A DNA stretch of 64,000 bases from Deltaproteobacteria bacterium (GTDB lineage: Bacteria > Desulfobacterota > Syntrophia > Syntrophales > Smithellaceae), in NCBI GenBank assembly GCA_022710585.1, contig JAKLGV010000001.1:192131-256130 (forward strand), written 5' to 3'. Made by a program: the position numbers and the translations under genes. The notes below the pieces were generated by a model that saw only the letters and a program-made list of their open reading frames with translations, was not told the origin of the DNA and did not search any database. Below, one piece after another: positions 1-8,432 of this stretch (positions within the stretch are counted from its first letter, which is position 1; each line of letters opens with the position of its first letter).

Positions 1-574
1 CCGGTCCCTGATTGCCGGTGAAACGTTTTGAATCCACGGGGCTGTAAATAACATGAATCCTGTTTTCCGGAACGCCATACAGATCTATAATTTCTTTTTT
101 CCCTCTCCGGGAATTGGCCATAATGGCTTTATAGTTGCCCTCTTTAAAAATCTGCTTTTCGGTCCAGAGAATGGCTATGTGCAAGGGATTCACCCGATGC
201 AGGATGCTTTTTCCGGGGAGATCGATTTTGCGGCGCTGTGTAAGCCATTCCCGGTGGCAGCCGTCACCGGCCCGGTAAATATCCTGATAGAATGTGCGTT
301 CGAAGCTGTGAATGATGTCGAAAGGTTGTTGTTTCAAAAGGCGGCGGACATTCACCGCAAACGTGATCACTTCCAGAACGGAGAGTAATTTGAGCGTGGG
401 GACGGAATGAAAAACGATTCTGCCTTCTCGCGATGAATTATTTTTCATCTTCCATTCATTGGCAAAGACATGCACTTCGTGTCCGGCGTTCAGAAGAGAT
501 TCGATAAGGGCCGCCGTATAGCGCTCCGCCCCGCCGAAATCCGTGTACTTCTGCCTGACGACTGCGATTTTCAT
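1..574 (-). CDS. Family 4 glycosyltransferase (WaaG/RfaG-like). The window holds the N-terminal 191 codons; the C-terminus lies beyond the window start.
   Basis: Absent from the ORF track because it runs off the window. My reverse-complement translation from the ATG at 574 reads MKIAVVRQKYTDFGGAERYTAALIESLLNAGHEVHVF...ANSRRGKKEIIDLYGVPENRIHVIYSPVDSKRF with no stop. The start overlaps the stop of the upstream gene (ATGA at 571-574). Confidence 0.75.
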   Translation of the reverse strand, partial: MKIAVVRQKYTDFGGAERYTAALIESLLNAGHEVHVFANEWKMKNNSSREGRIVFHSVPTLKLLSVLEVITFAVNVRRLLKQQPFDIIHSFERTFYQDIYRAGDGCHREWLTQRRKIDLPGKSILHRVNPLHIAILWTEKQIFKEGNYKAIMANSRRGKKEIIDLYGVPENRIHVIYSPVDSKRFTGNQGP

Positions 575-1341
575 AATTCAGCGCCCTGCAATTCGCGGAG
601 CTTGATGTATTTTAAAAAGGTGTAGAACGCATACAGAATGGAAAGAATGAATCCGTAATATCCTTCCAAAAAACCGAGTCGCAAAAAGTACATGCTGATA
701 AATGTATAGAGGGGGCGGAAGATGATGTGCAGGATTCCGTAGGTCTTCCTTTCCTTCAACATTTCCTGCGCCGCCAATGTTGAGTAGCGATCGAGCCGCT
801 TCATAAAATCTTCCAGTGATTTATACGTGTGATGCTCCATCGGAGATTGAAGATGACCGGCCACACCCTTGAGCTGAACCGCTTCGTGAACTTCTCTGAT
901 GCCAAACAGCCCCTTGCCTTTTTGAAAAAGGCGCAGATTATAATCGGGATACCAACCGCATCGTTTGATCCACCGTCCCAGGAAGAAATTTTTTCTGGCA
1001 ATGAAATAACCGTCCTTCGGATCAGGACTTTCCATGACAGTGATTATTTCTTTTTTCAATTCAGGCGTAATTCTTTCATCGGCGTCCAGGCTCAATATCC
1101 AGTCTTGAGTCGCCTTCTCAATGGCACTGTTTTTCTGCAGTGCAAATCCTTTCCAGGCTTCCCGGATAAAATTGACCCCGTAAGTTTTGCATATCTCGTC
1201 TGTCCTGTCCGAGCTGTCGGAATCGACAACAATAACCTCATCGACCCATTTGACGCTTTCCAGACATTCGCTGATATTATTTTCTTCGTTGTGGGTAATG
1301 ATCACAACAGACAACCCCTTTGAAGAATTCTTATGAGCCAT
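571..1341 (-). CDS. Family 2 glycosyltransferase (KdtX/WaaE-like LPS core type)
   Basis: Contains LSVVIITHNEENNISECLESVKWVDEVIVVDSDSSDRTDEI and SLDADE (a DXD-type motif). I prefer the ATG at 1341 (MAHKNSS, about 256 aa, AGGGAA upstream) over the ORF-track start at 1458, which has no SD. Confidence 0.8.
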   Translation of the reverse strand: MAHKNSSKGLSVVIITHNEENNISECLESVKWVDEVIVVDSDSSDRTDEICKTYGVNFIREAWKGFALQKNSAIEKATQDWILSLDADERITPELKKEIITVMESPDPKDGYFIARKNFFLGRWIKRCGWYPDYNLRLFQKGKGLFGIREVHEAVQLKGVAGHLQSPMEHHTYKSLEDFMKRLDRYSTLAAQEMLKERKTYGILHIIFRPLYTFISMYFLRLGFLEGYYGFILSILYAFYTFLKYIKLRELQGAEL

Positions 1342-1654
1342 AACTGTATTCCCTATGTTTACGCCGTCGTATTTTACGAGAAGTTCTTTAGAACTGCTTA
1401 ACCCATTGATAAGAGCGCCATTTCTGCGTAGAGGAGTATAGGAAACGCTCTTGTTCATGTCAAGAGAATATTGGATTCAAGGCCCGGTAAACGATACAAA
1501 TTGCATTATAGGAGGCACATCCATATCAGGTAATCACGTTTTTCATCTTACATATAAGTTCACAATTTCTATTGTGCTATACATAAAAGCAATTTCTTAA
1601 CTATTATGATGCAATCTTCTTGGTTAAGCAACGTGTGGGAATAAGTGAACTATA

Positions 1655-2611
1655 TTAGATATAAAGAAAGTCCGTAGCTCTCCTCACAAAGGGACGCAAA
1701 TCCTTATGTGACTTAATTTCTCCTTCTAAGGCATGAAATAAACGCTCATCACGTTTTGCTACTGTGAAATTCGCATTAACGTGATCCATACCGCGTCTTC
1801 TCAATTTCTCAGCTTCCGTTGTGTTCTGCTGTAGATAAGTTATTTTTTGTAAAGCCTCTTCTGGCGTTGAATAAAGCACAACATTATCCATATCCTTAAA
1901 TCCAAGAGCTTCTTCCTCTCTACCCTGCCGGTAGGCAACGAGAATGCAACCGCACGAAAGAGCTTCGAAATTTTTTATCATGTACTCATGCATTCCTACA
2001 TCGGCACTGATGAAAAAATTAATTCTGTTAAGCGTTTCTAAATATTCTTCTTTTGACTGTGTTTGTTTGATTAAGAGCGGAATATATTTCAAGAAAGTCT
2101 TCAACATCTTGTTGCGGTATTTGTAATGTGGGTTATCCTGTGTTCCGATGAAACCGAATTCAATGTCTCTTTCAACTTTCAGATGGCAGAGATAGTTGGA
2201 ATCGAAAGCTTTCGGCACAAAAACGACGTCTAATCCCTGGTCACGAAACCAAGTACTTACCGTCGAGCTTGTGCAGATCAGGCGAAACGGCCCTAGGCGA
2301 TGGTAAAAATGCTCAAATTTTCTATAACCTCCAGAAAAAGACATAAAATTAGAACAGGCATCGTATTCATGTATAATAAGATTTGGGATACGTGAAATGA
2401 AAGTTCTCTGTCGTTTAATTAAACCCCATTTTAGGTCCAAAACAACACGGTCATACTTTTGCAATGTTTCAATATTCATCACTTCATTTAATTTTGTCTG
2501 TTTTTCTTCATCGAGCAGAATAACATCGACATTCCAACCGTATGGAACGTGTTGAAAACGACTTTTTAGCTTGTGAGGTGGGTAAAGACGGCGATAAATT
2601 TTAATGTTCAT
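1655..2611 (-). CDS. Putative glycosyltransferase (CgeB-like / GT1-like C-terminal fold)
   Basis: 318-aa ORF in an AT-rich glycan cluster. The C-terminal part (CGCILVAYRQGREEEALGFKDMDNVVLYSTPEEALQKI) resembles the GT-B C-terminal domain of CgeB/DUF3880-type proteins. The family assignment is tentative. Confidence 0.55.
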   Translation of the reverse strand: MNIKIYRRLYPPHKLKSRFQHVPYGWNVDVILLDEEKQTKLNEVMNIETLQKYDRVVLDLKWGLIKRQRTFISRIPNLIIHEYDACSNFMSFSGGYRKFEHFYHRLGPFRLICTSSTVSTWFRDQGLDVVFVPKAFDSNYLCHLKVERDIEFGFIGTQDNPHYKYRNKMLKTFLKYIPLLIKQTQSKEEYLETLNRINFFISADVGMHEYMIKNFEALSCGCILVAYRQGREEEALGFKDMDNVVLYSTPEEALQKITYLQQNTTEAEKLRRRGMDHVNANFTVAKRDERLFHALEGEIKSHKDLRPFVRRATDFLYI

Positions 2612-2783
2612 TATTTTACGTGGTTCCTTTTTTGCTGTTTTTTTATAGAGGAATTAGGGTATCGATGTCAATTTTTTTCCTAATACATAGGCTGATATTA
2701 TTATCAGTCTAATTTATACTTGATATATTACCTTTTTCTGAATATAAGCAAACTATATTAAATTAGTTAATAATCAAATCTAT

Positions 2784-3968
2784 ATGCAAATCATATATCC
2801 TGTCAGTGAGGGATTCGATCCCCGTAAAGCCCGTTTTCACCAGATACTACAAACATCCCATGCATTAGCCAAACGAGGCTGTGAAATAGATTTGATCATG
2901 GGCAGAAATGAGTTCGATCTCACTGCGGATGTTTTACCCTATTATTCGCTTGAACCGCACTCAAATCTACATTTGCATACAGTCTGCATGCTGCGCAGAG
3001 AAGGAAACCAAAAAATCCACGTTTCTTGGAACGGAATTTTTCACTTTGCTTGTTTGTTCAAGATTCGAAAAATGATCAAAGAAAAAAAGTATCACGCCCT
3101 CTACACAAGACATCCGAATCTTGCCGATTTTTTCCTAAGGCAACGCGAATCGCTGAAATTGCCCATCATCTTTGAAGCGCATGAAATCTTTCATTTAACA
3201 ACAGAACGTAAAGACAAAATTCAAAAAATGAAAGCCCAAGAGGCGCGGATTTACTCGAAGGTAGACGGAATAGTCGCCACCACAAAAGAATTAAAAGACC
3301 ACCTGGAGAAAATTTTTCCTATATCAACTAAGATTGCTGTAATTCCGAATGGGGTAAACATCCAATTCTATGATGGTTCCAAAGCAGAAGAAAAGAACGG
3401 GAGCATTCTTTATGTTGGTCAACTGTATCCGTGGAAAGGTGTCGACACTCTCCTGGAAGCGATGTTCCATGTGACCAATGGAGAATTACACGTGGTCGGC
3501 GGAGAAAAAAAACAGATTGACGATTTAAAAATGAAATCATGCAATCTGGGAATTTCAAATCGTGTTTTCTTCCATGGACAAGTATCACCACGGAAAGTCC
3601 GAGATTTTTTAAAAAGCGCTTCTGTAGTCGTCCATCCCCTGGCAAAGAAAAATACAAATGATGCTGAATTTTCTTCCCCTCTTAAAATGTTTGAATATAT
3701 GGCGGCGCGAATTCCGATCGTTGCTTCCGACTTGCCCGGCATTCGAGAAATTCTGACGGATCAGGTTAGTGCCCTGCTGGTACCTCCCGATGATCCAAAG
3801 GCTTTGGCGAAAGGGATTCAGGTCATGCTTGATGATCCAAAACTCAGACAACGATTGTCCGATAAGGCTTATGAAACGGTTCAGCAACATTCCTGGGCTA
3901 AAAGAGCAGAGCGGATTGAAAAATACATACTTGATATTCATCGTATTAAGAAGGTACAGCATGGATAA
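2784..3968 (+). CDS. Family 4 glycosyltransferase (GT-B)
   Basis: 394 aa. Typical GT4 C-terminal signature: YVGQLYPWKGVDTLLEA ... EFSSPLKMFEYMAARIPIVASDLPGIREIL (EX7E-type). Confidence 0.85.
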   Translation: MQIIYPVSEGFDPRKARFHQILQTSHALAKRGCEIDLIMGRNEFDLTADVLPYYSLEPHSNLHLHTVCMLRREGNQKIHVSWNGIFHFACLFKIRKMIKEKKYHALYTRHPNLADFFLRQRESLKLPIIFEAHEIFHLTTERKDKIQKMKAQEARIYSKVDGIVATTKELKDHLEKIFPISTKIAVIPNGVNIQFYDGSKAEEKNGSILYVGQLYPWKGVDTLLEAMFHVTNGELHVVGGEKKQIDDLKMKSCNLGISNRVFFHGQVSPRKVRDFLKSASVVVHPLAKKNTNDAEFSSPLKMFEYMAARIPIVASDLPGIREILTDQVSALLVPPDDPKALAKGIQVMLDDPKLRQRLSDKAYETVQQHSWAKRAERIEKYILDIHRIKKVQHG

Positions 3969-4590
3969 ACAGGTTGATAAATCACATTACCAATTCAACA
4001 GATATATGCACAAGAGGCGATGGATAAGCTTCTGGTATCAATTAAAAGAGCTAATGTCCGTACAAACTCAAAAGATCCTTGAAGTAGGACCCGGATCAGG
4101 TGTATTCAAACAAATCGCCTTCATGTCGGGTGTTGATGTTAAAACATTCGACATAGATGAAGAACTACATCCTGATTATATCGGTTCCGTGTTGCAGATG
4201 CCTTTTGAGAATGAATCATTTGAAACGGTTTGCGCGTTTCAAATGCTTGAACACCTTCCCTATGAACATTCTTTAAAAGCATTTCAGGAATTCAAGAGAA
4301 TATCTAGTAAAAATATAATTATCAGTCTCCCTGATGCAAGAAGAGTCTGGACTTGGATTATGCAACTCCCTTGGGGTACAATGGAAATACTGATTCCTAA
4401 ACCCCAAATTCAGCCGGAAAAACACATTTTCAAGGGACAGCATCATTGGGAAATCAATAAGCGAGGGTTCCCTTTAAAAAAAATTATTAAAGATTTTTGT
4501 GATGAACAATGGATACTCAAGAAAACATACCGCGTTATTGAGAATCCATCGCACCGTTTTATGATATTTGAAAAAATAAACATGAATTAA
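3961..4590 (+). CDS. Class I SAM-dependent methyltransferase
   Basis: Motif I ILEVGPGSGVF and a Methyltransf_11-like FETVCAFQMLEHLP. The ATG at 3961 overlaps the upstream stop (ATGGATAA). The ORF-track extension back to 3769 overlaps the GT4 gene and is discounted. Confidence 0.8.
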   Translation: MDKQVDKSHYQFNRYMHKRRWISFWYQLKELMSVQTQKILEVGPGSGVFKQIAFMSGVDVKTFDIDEELHPDYIGSVLQMPFENESFETVCAFQMLEHLPYEHSLKAFQEFKRISSKNIIISLPDARRVWTWIMQLPWGTMEILIPKPQIQPEKHIFKGQHHWEINKRGFPLKKIIKDFCDEQWILKKTYRVIENPSHRFMIFEKINMN

Positions 4591-4643
4591 ATAAAGTGCT
4601 TTAAAATATTTCAAGATAGGTAGTCGTCCCAACCCAAATGAAT

Positions 4644-4715
4644 CTCCCCGCCGCAAGCAGCGGGGTATCATAATGGACCATGATTCTCTTCTTCGTCGCA
4701 AGCGACGGGGAATTG
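4644..4715 (+). repeat. Two tandem copies of a GC hairpin motif with a GCAA-type loop
   Basis: Copy 1: ctccccgccgcaagcagcggggtatc (4644-4669). Copy 2: cttcgtcgcaagcgacggggaattg (4691-4715). Shared core: CGCAAGC..CGGGG.AT. Confidence 0.6.
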
Positions 4716-4756
4716 TACCCGAAGAGATTAAACCGGACAGCCGTGATTGGAGTTAC

Positions 4757-5545
4757 ATGAACCTTCTAAAAAAAATTTGGTGGGGCAAAGCCCCGCAGGA
4801 AATGGCAATGCCAAATGTATCGAAAAAGCCTCTGTCAGCAAGACAAATCATCTTGACCAACTATTTTACCGGAAAGAAGAATCCTCAAAAGCTCGGGAAC
4901 CAGTACGTACCTGATCAATTTGAAAACATGAAAGGGTGGTATAATAGTCTTCTGTCCAATCATCTTCATGGACTTGTCTTTCATGATCAGCTTTCAAAAG
5001 ACTTTGTCGACCAGTATACCAATGACTACATTTCCTTTGAAAAATATGAACTCAAAAAAAAATATACATTAAATGACGACCGTTTCTTTTGCTGGCAGGA
5101 ATGGTTGCTTCAGCATAAAGAAGTGGAGAGCCTCTTTTGTACGGATTTATTTGATGTGGATTTTTTCGGAAATCCTTTTCAACTTATGGATCCTTTACGA
5201 TATGATCTTTATTGTGGTGATGATAACGGCGCTGAAATGAATGAATGGGTTAATGATCGATTTAGATGGGCATATGGCAAGACATTTCACGCCGGGAAAA
5301 TCAAATTTGTGGCGGGTATCATGGGCGGTACGCGCGAAAATATGTTGCGCCTGTTTCAATCCATGACCCGTGATTTCGAGAAGGCAAAGAGTGGAACACG
5401 AAAAGGGAAAAATATGAATATGGGAGTGTTCAACAAGTGCGTTCATGACTTGTTTGATCAGGACAGGATCATGTTTGGACCGCCTTTGAACAGCCGCTTT
5501 AGAAAATATGAAGAAAAAGGTAACTTCTGCATCCGGCATAAATAG
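4757..5545 (+). CDS. Hypothetical protein, possibly a GT-A-like sugar transferase (unassigned family)
   Basis: ORF in the glycan cluster. I prefer the internal ATG at 4757 (MNLLKKIWW) because codons 4673-4756 cover two intergenic hairpin repeats. It has a DXD-like TDLFDVDF. I recognise no family with confidence. Confidence 0.5.
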   Translation: MNLLKKIWWGKAPQEMAMPNVSKKPLSARQIILTNYFTGKKNPQKLGNQYVPDQFENMKGWYNSLLSNHLHGLVFHDQLSKDFVDQYTNDYISFEKYELKKKYTLNDDRFFCWQEWLLQHKEVESLFCTDLFDVDFFGNPFQLMDPLRYDLYCGDDNGAEMNEWVNDRFRWAYGKTFHAGKIKFVAGIMGGTRENMLRLFQSMTRDFEKAKSGTRKGKNMNMGVFNKCVHDLFDQDRIMFGPPLNSRFRKYEEKGNFCIRHK

Positions 5546-5666
5546 GACTGATAACAGGTAACCCGATCTTTCTGGTGAGGGTGTTTAATTTTAATAAAAC
5601 CTAGACCATTCATATGCACCGAGATCTGCGGATCGATGGAATAAATTGTTATATCCATAGAGAGAA

Positions 5667-6314
5667 ATGAACATGATCAGGAAAGTCTTTAAAAAAATTA
5701 TGGCAGCAAAAAGAAAAAGGCTCGAGGAAAAGGCACGAAAGCAATTTTTTTCGATTAAATTGGAAAAGAATGACATTGCTATCGATTGTGGCGCTAATAT
5801 TGGAAAAATCACCGAACACTTATGTAAATCCGGAGCGGATGTTTATTGCTTTGAGCCTAACCCGTACGCCTTTAAAGTATTGCAAGATAGATTCTCCGGC
5901 ATGCAGAATGTTCATTTATTCCAAAAAGGAGTTTACGATAAAAATAGCTTTATGAAATTGTATTTACACAAGAAGCATTCCGATGAAGATGAAGTTCGCC
6001 GGTCAACAGCATCTTCGTTGTTAGACTTCAAGTACAATGTGAACAATGAAAAGTACGTGGAGGTTCAAATCATCGACCTTTGTGAATTCATTGAATCATT
6101 AAATCATCGTGTAAGAATTCTTAAGATGGATGTTGAAGGGGTTGAGTTTGCCATCTTAAAAAAAATTATCGACAGCGACGTTATCGGCAAAATTGATTAC
6201 ATTTTTTTAGAAACGCATGATCATAAGATACCAGAGCTAAAAGCAGAAGCCCAGGCAGTCAGAAAGCTTATTAAGAAAAGAAAAATTGAAAATATTAATT
6301 TGGATTGGGGATAA
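5667..6314 (+). CDS. FkbM-family methyltransferase
   Basis: AIDCGANIGKITEHLCKSGADVYCFEPNPYAFKVLQDRF and ILKMDVEGVEFAILKK are hallmark FkbM-family segments. Confidence 0.8.
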   Translation: MNMIRKVFKKIMAAKRKRLEEKARKQFFSIKLEKNDIAIDCGANIGKITEHLCKSGADVYCFEPNPYAFKVLQDRFSGMQNVHLFQKGVYDKNSFMKLYLHKKHSDEDEVRRSTASSLLDFKYNVNNEKYVEVQIIDLCEFIESLNHRVRILKMDVEGVEFAILKKIIDSDVIGKIDYIFLETHDHKIPELKAEAQAVRKLIKKRKIENINLDWG

Positions 6315-6562
6315 CAGGGCGCTCCACGGAGAACAATTCCGCTGATGAAGTTTGTCCTAATTGTCCATGTATGAATGGTTTGAAAGTTATTACGACCATC
6401 ACAACGTGCTCGACTACCTGGAAAGAAGCGTTCACCGGCGATTATTTCAGAAGTTGCACCGATGGCGCGACGAGAAGAAAAAGATAAAAAATCCGCGCCG
6501 AGTAACTCTTTACGACATCTTGGATTATTACAATCGGAAATAAGTAGTTACTAACTTAATCC

Positions 6563-7411
6563 TTATTCACTGGCTAAGGCGGCATCGAGTGTGTTTTGCA
6601 TCAGCATGGCTATCGTCATCGGCCCCACACCTCCAGGAACCGGCGTGATGTAAGATGCTTTGGCGGCAACCTCATCAAAAGCAACATCGCCGGCCAGTTT
6701 GCCGTTCTCCAGACGGTTAACTCCGACATCAATTACAACGGCTCCCTCTTTCACCATATTTGCCTTAATCATGTGAGGCTTGCCGATGGCGGCAATCAGG
6801 ACATCCGCTCGTCCGGTTACCGTCGGCAGATCTTTTGTTTTGGAGTGGCACATGGTCACCGTGGCGTTTTGCGCCAGGAGCAGCAGCGCTATGGGTTTGC
6901 CTACAATATTACTGCGTCCGACGACAACGGCTTCTTTCCCGGCAAGCTCAATACCGGTGCGAGCCAGCATTTCCATAATGCCACGGGGTGTGCAGGGAAC
7001 AAATTGTGGCGTACCCGTTACGAGGCCGCCAACATTATAAGGATGAAAACCATCAACATCTTTATTGGGATCAATGGCGGCAATGACATTTTCCGTGGAG
7101 ATATGTTTAGGCAGGGGAAGCTGTACCAGAATCCCGTGGATGGACTTATCTTTATTGAGCTTATGAATGATCTTGAGCAGTTTTTCTTCATCGGTTGCGG
7201 CTGGAAGTTTGTATTCACGGGAAATAAAACCGACTTCTGCACACGCTTTGGCTTTTCTTCCCACGTAAACCTGCGAGGCTGGATCTTCCCCGACCAGCAC
7301 AACAGCGAGTCCCGGTATAATTTCCTGCTGTTCTTTGAGTTCCAGCGCTCGCTGACGCACTTCGTTGCGAATATCCTGCGCTATTTTATTGCCGTCAATA
7401 ATATTGGCCAT
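6563..7411 (-). CDS. folD: Bifunctional methylenetetrahydrofolate dehydrogenase / methenyl-THF cyclohydrolase
   Basis: [15 protein letters not shown]..., [31 protein letters not shown] and [14 protein letters not shown] are canonical FolD blocks. I prefer the start at the third in-frame start codon (7411, MANIIDG). Confidence 0.95.
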   Translation of the reverse strand: MANIIDGNKIAQDIRNEVRQRALELKEQQEIIPGLAVVLVGEDPASQVYVGRKAKACAEVGFISREYKLPAATDEEKLLKIIHKLNKDKSIHGILVQLPLPKHISTENVIAAIDPNKDVDGFHPYNVGGLVTGTPQFVPCTPRGIMEMLARTGIELAGKEAVVVGRSNIVGKPIALLLLAQNATVTMCHSKTKDLPTVTGRADVLIAAIGKPHMIKANMVKEGAVVIDVGVNRLENGKLAGDVAFDEVAAKASYITPVPGGVGPMTIAMLMQNTLDAALASE

Positions 7412-7455
7412 AAACGTTTCCATCTCCAATCAAACATATTAGAATAACTGATCAC

Positions 7456-7487
7456 GCGAGTGTCAATCCCAATTTATCGGGACTCGC
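7456..7487. repeat. Degenerate copy of the gcgagtcccga...tcgggactcgc hairpin family
   Basis: gcgagt-gtcaatcccaatttatcggg-actcgc. A related fragment, gcgagtgtcatt, lies at 7582-7593. Confidence 0.5.
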
Positions 7488-7601
7488 TCTACCATGGCTT
7501 TACATGCCTGGCATAGTTCGCCTTACGCTTCAAACTTCATCCCGACTCGTCGGGCTTCGTTTTCGGCTTGGCTCACTATCAGCGAGTGTCATTAAAACAT
7601 T

Positions 7602-7635
7602 CCCCCTCAAATCCTGTTTCAGGAATTTGAGGGGG
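7602..7635 (-). terminator. Stem-loop downstream of the ytfJ-like gene
   Basis: ccccctcaaat (7602-7612) pairs with atttgaggggg (7625-7635). On the minus strand a moderately T-rich tract follows. Confidence 0.55.
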
Positions 7636-7663
7636 AACTGATCTAAATAAAATTAGTTATTTT

Positions 7664-8212
7664 TTATTCCGCCGCATATTTTTTTATTAATTCAGCAATT
7701 TTGGGAATATTTTCAGCCGGCGTTTTACCTGAATAAATGTAACGGATAACTCTGTTCTTATCAACCAGAACAGATACGGCGGCTTTGTGCGGAGCGGACA
7801 GGCCCAGAACCTTGCCTACCGTAAAATCAGGATCAAGCAGGATGATGGAAGCACTGCTCTTCTGTTTTTTCTTGGCGACCTGTTTAATAACGAAATTGGG
7901 AACCGGACTGTCTTTCTGGTTTCCGATGCCTAATCCAACATACTTCTTTGCGCTTTTAAGATTTTCGAGATCTTTGTTGGCTCTCAATGCGGCAGTGACA
8001 TGATCATTATCATCCGATGAACTCGTGCTGGCATACACGAGATAAACAACTCTGCCGGCAAATTCCGGCGAACTGAGACTATATGATTTATTATCCAGCG
8101 CGTCATTCAACTTGAAATCACCTAATTTGTCTCCAACTTTCAATTCAGCCGCATAAGATGTTAAGATACCCAGTGATAAAACAAGCATAACAGCAATAAT
8201 TAATTTCTTCAT
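7664..8212 (-). CDS. YtfJ-family periplasmic protein (thioredoxin-like fold, no CXXC)
   Basis: Signal peptide MKKLIIAVMLVLSLGILTSYA. Block order resembles E. coli YtfJ (GRVVYLVYASTSS..., ...VLVDKNRVIRYIYSGKTPAENIPKIAELI). AAGGAGG lies upstream of the ATG at 8212. Confidence 0.65.
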   Translation of the reverse strand: MKKLIIAVMLVLSLGILTSYAAELKVGDKLGDFKLNDALDNKSYSLSSPEFAGRVVYLVYASTSSSDDNDHVTAALRANKDLENLKSAKKYVGLGIGNQKDSPVPNFVIKQVAKKKQKSSASIILLDPDFTVGKVLGLSAPHKAAVSVLVDKNRVIRYIYSGKTPAENIPKIAELIKKYAAE

Positions 8213-8432
8213 CTTTTCCTCCTTTGGAATCCCCACAAAATACCACTTTTATTTTGTGTACACACAATCTGTAAATTGTGGAGTTTTTTATTTGGCGGGA
8301 TTATAGAGCAAAAAAATATCGCGGGCAAGCAAAAAGAAATTTTTGTTTAACAACCCGTCATTATTAAAAAATTGTTTTAATTGTCACCTTGGATAAAGAA
8401 AAAAGGCCGTCACAAGCTTTCGCTGATCAGCT

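Noticed and set aside
6361-6543. A 58-60-codon ORF (MYEWFESYYDHHNVLDYLERSVHRRLFQKLHRWRDEKKK...) at the border of the AT-rich glycan cluster. The W..YY...LD.....RL pattern vaguely recalls the maturase/thumb region of group II intron or retron-type reverse transcriptases.
   Set aside because: It has no RBS. There is no RT domain upstream and no intron domain V/VI-like structure downstream. The resemblance is a loose pattern only. It remains a possible relic or small gene that only a profile search could resolve.
6596-7447. Long antisense ORFs opposite well-supported genes. Examples: 6596-7447 opposite folD, 8859-9710 opposite the K+ channel, 14182-15018 opposite gpmI, 24344-25063 opposite acs, 27754-28524 opposite hflX, 30096-31070 opposite the oxidoreductase alpha subunit, 37047-38027 opposite NMO, 45919-46674 opposite ompA-like, and 61436-62146 opposite the SBP.
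   Set aside because: Each lies fully inside a gene whose translation shows strong family motifs. The antisense translations are Arg/Gly/His-rich low-information sequence without recognisable motifs or an RBS. They are typical by-products of codon bias in GC-richer genes.
7446-7643. An 8-nt direct repeat aactgatc at 7446-7453 and 7636-7643, which might be target-site duplications of a MITE.
   Set aside because: The sequences just inside the two copies are not inverted repeats of each other. An 8-mer match within about 200 nt is not improbable by chance.
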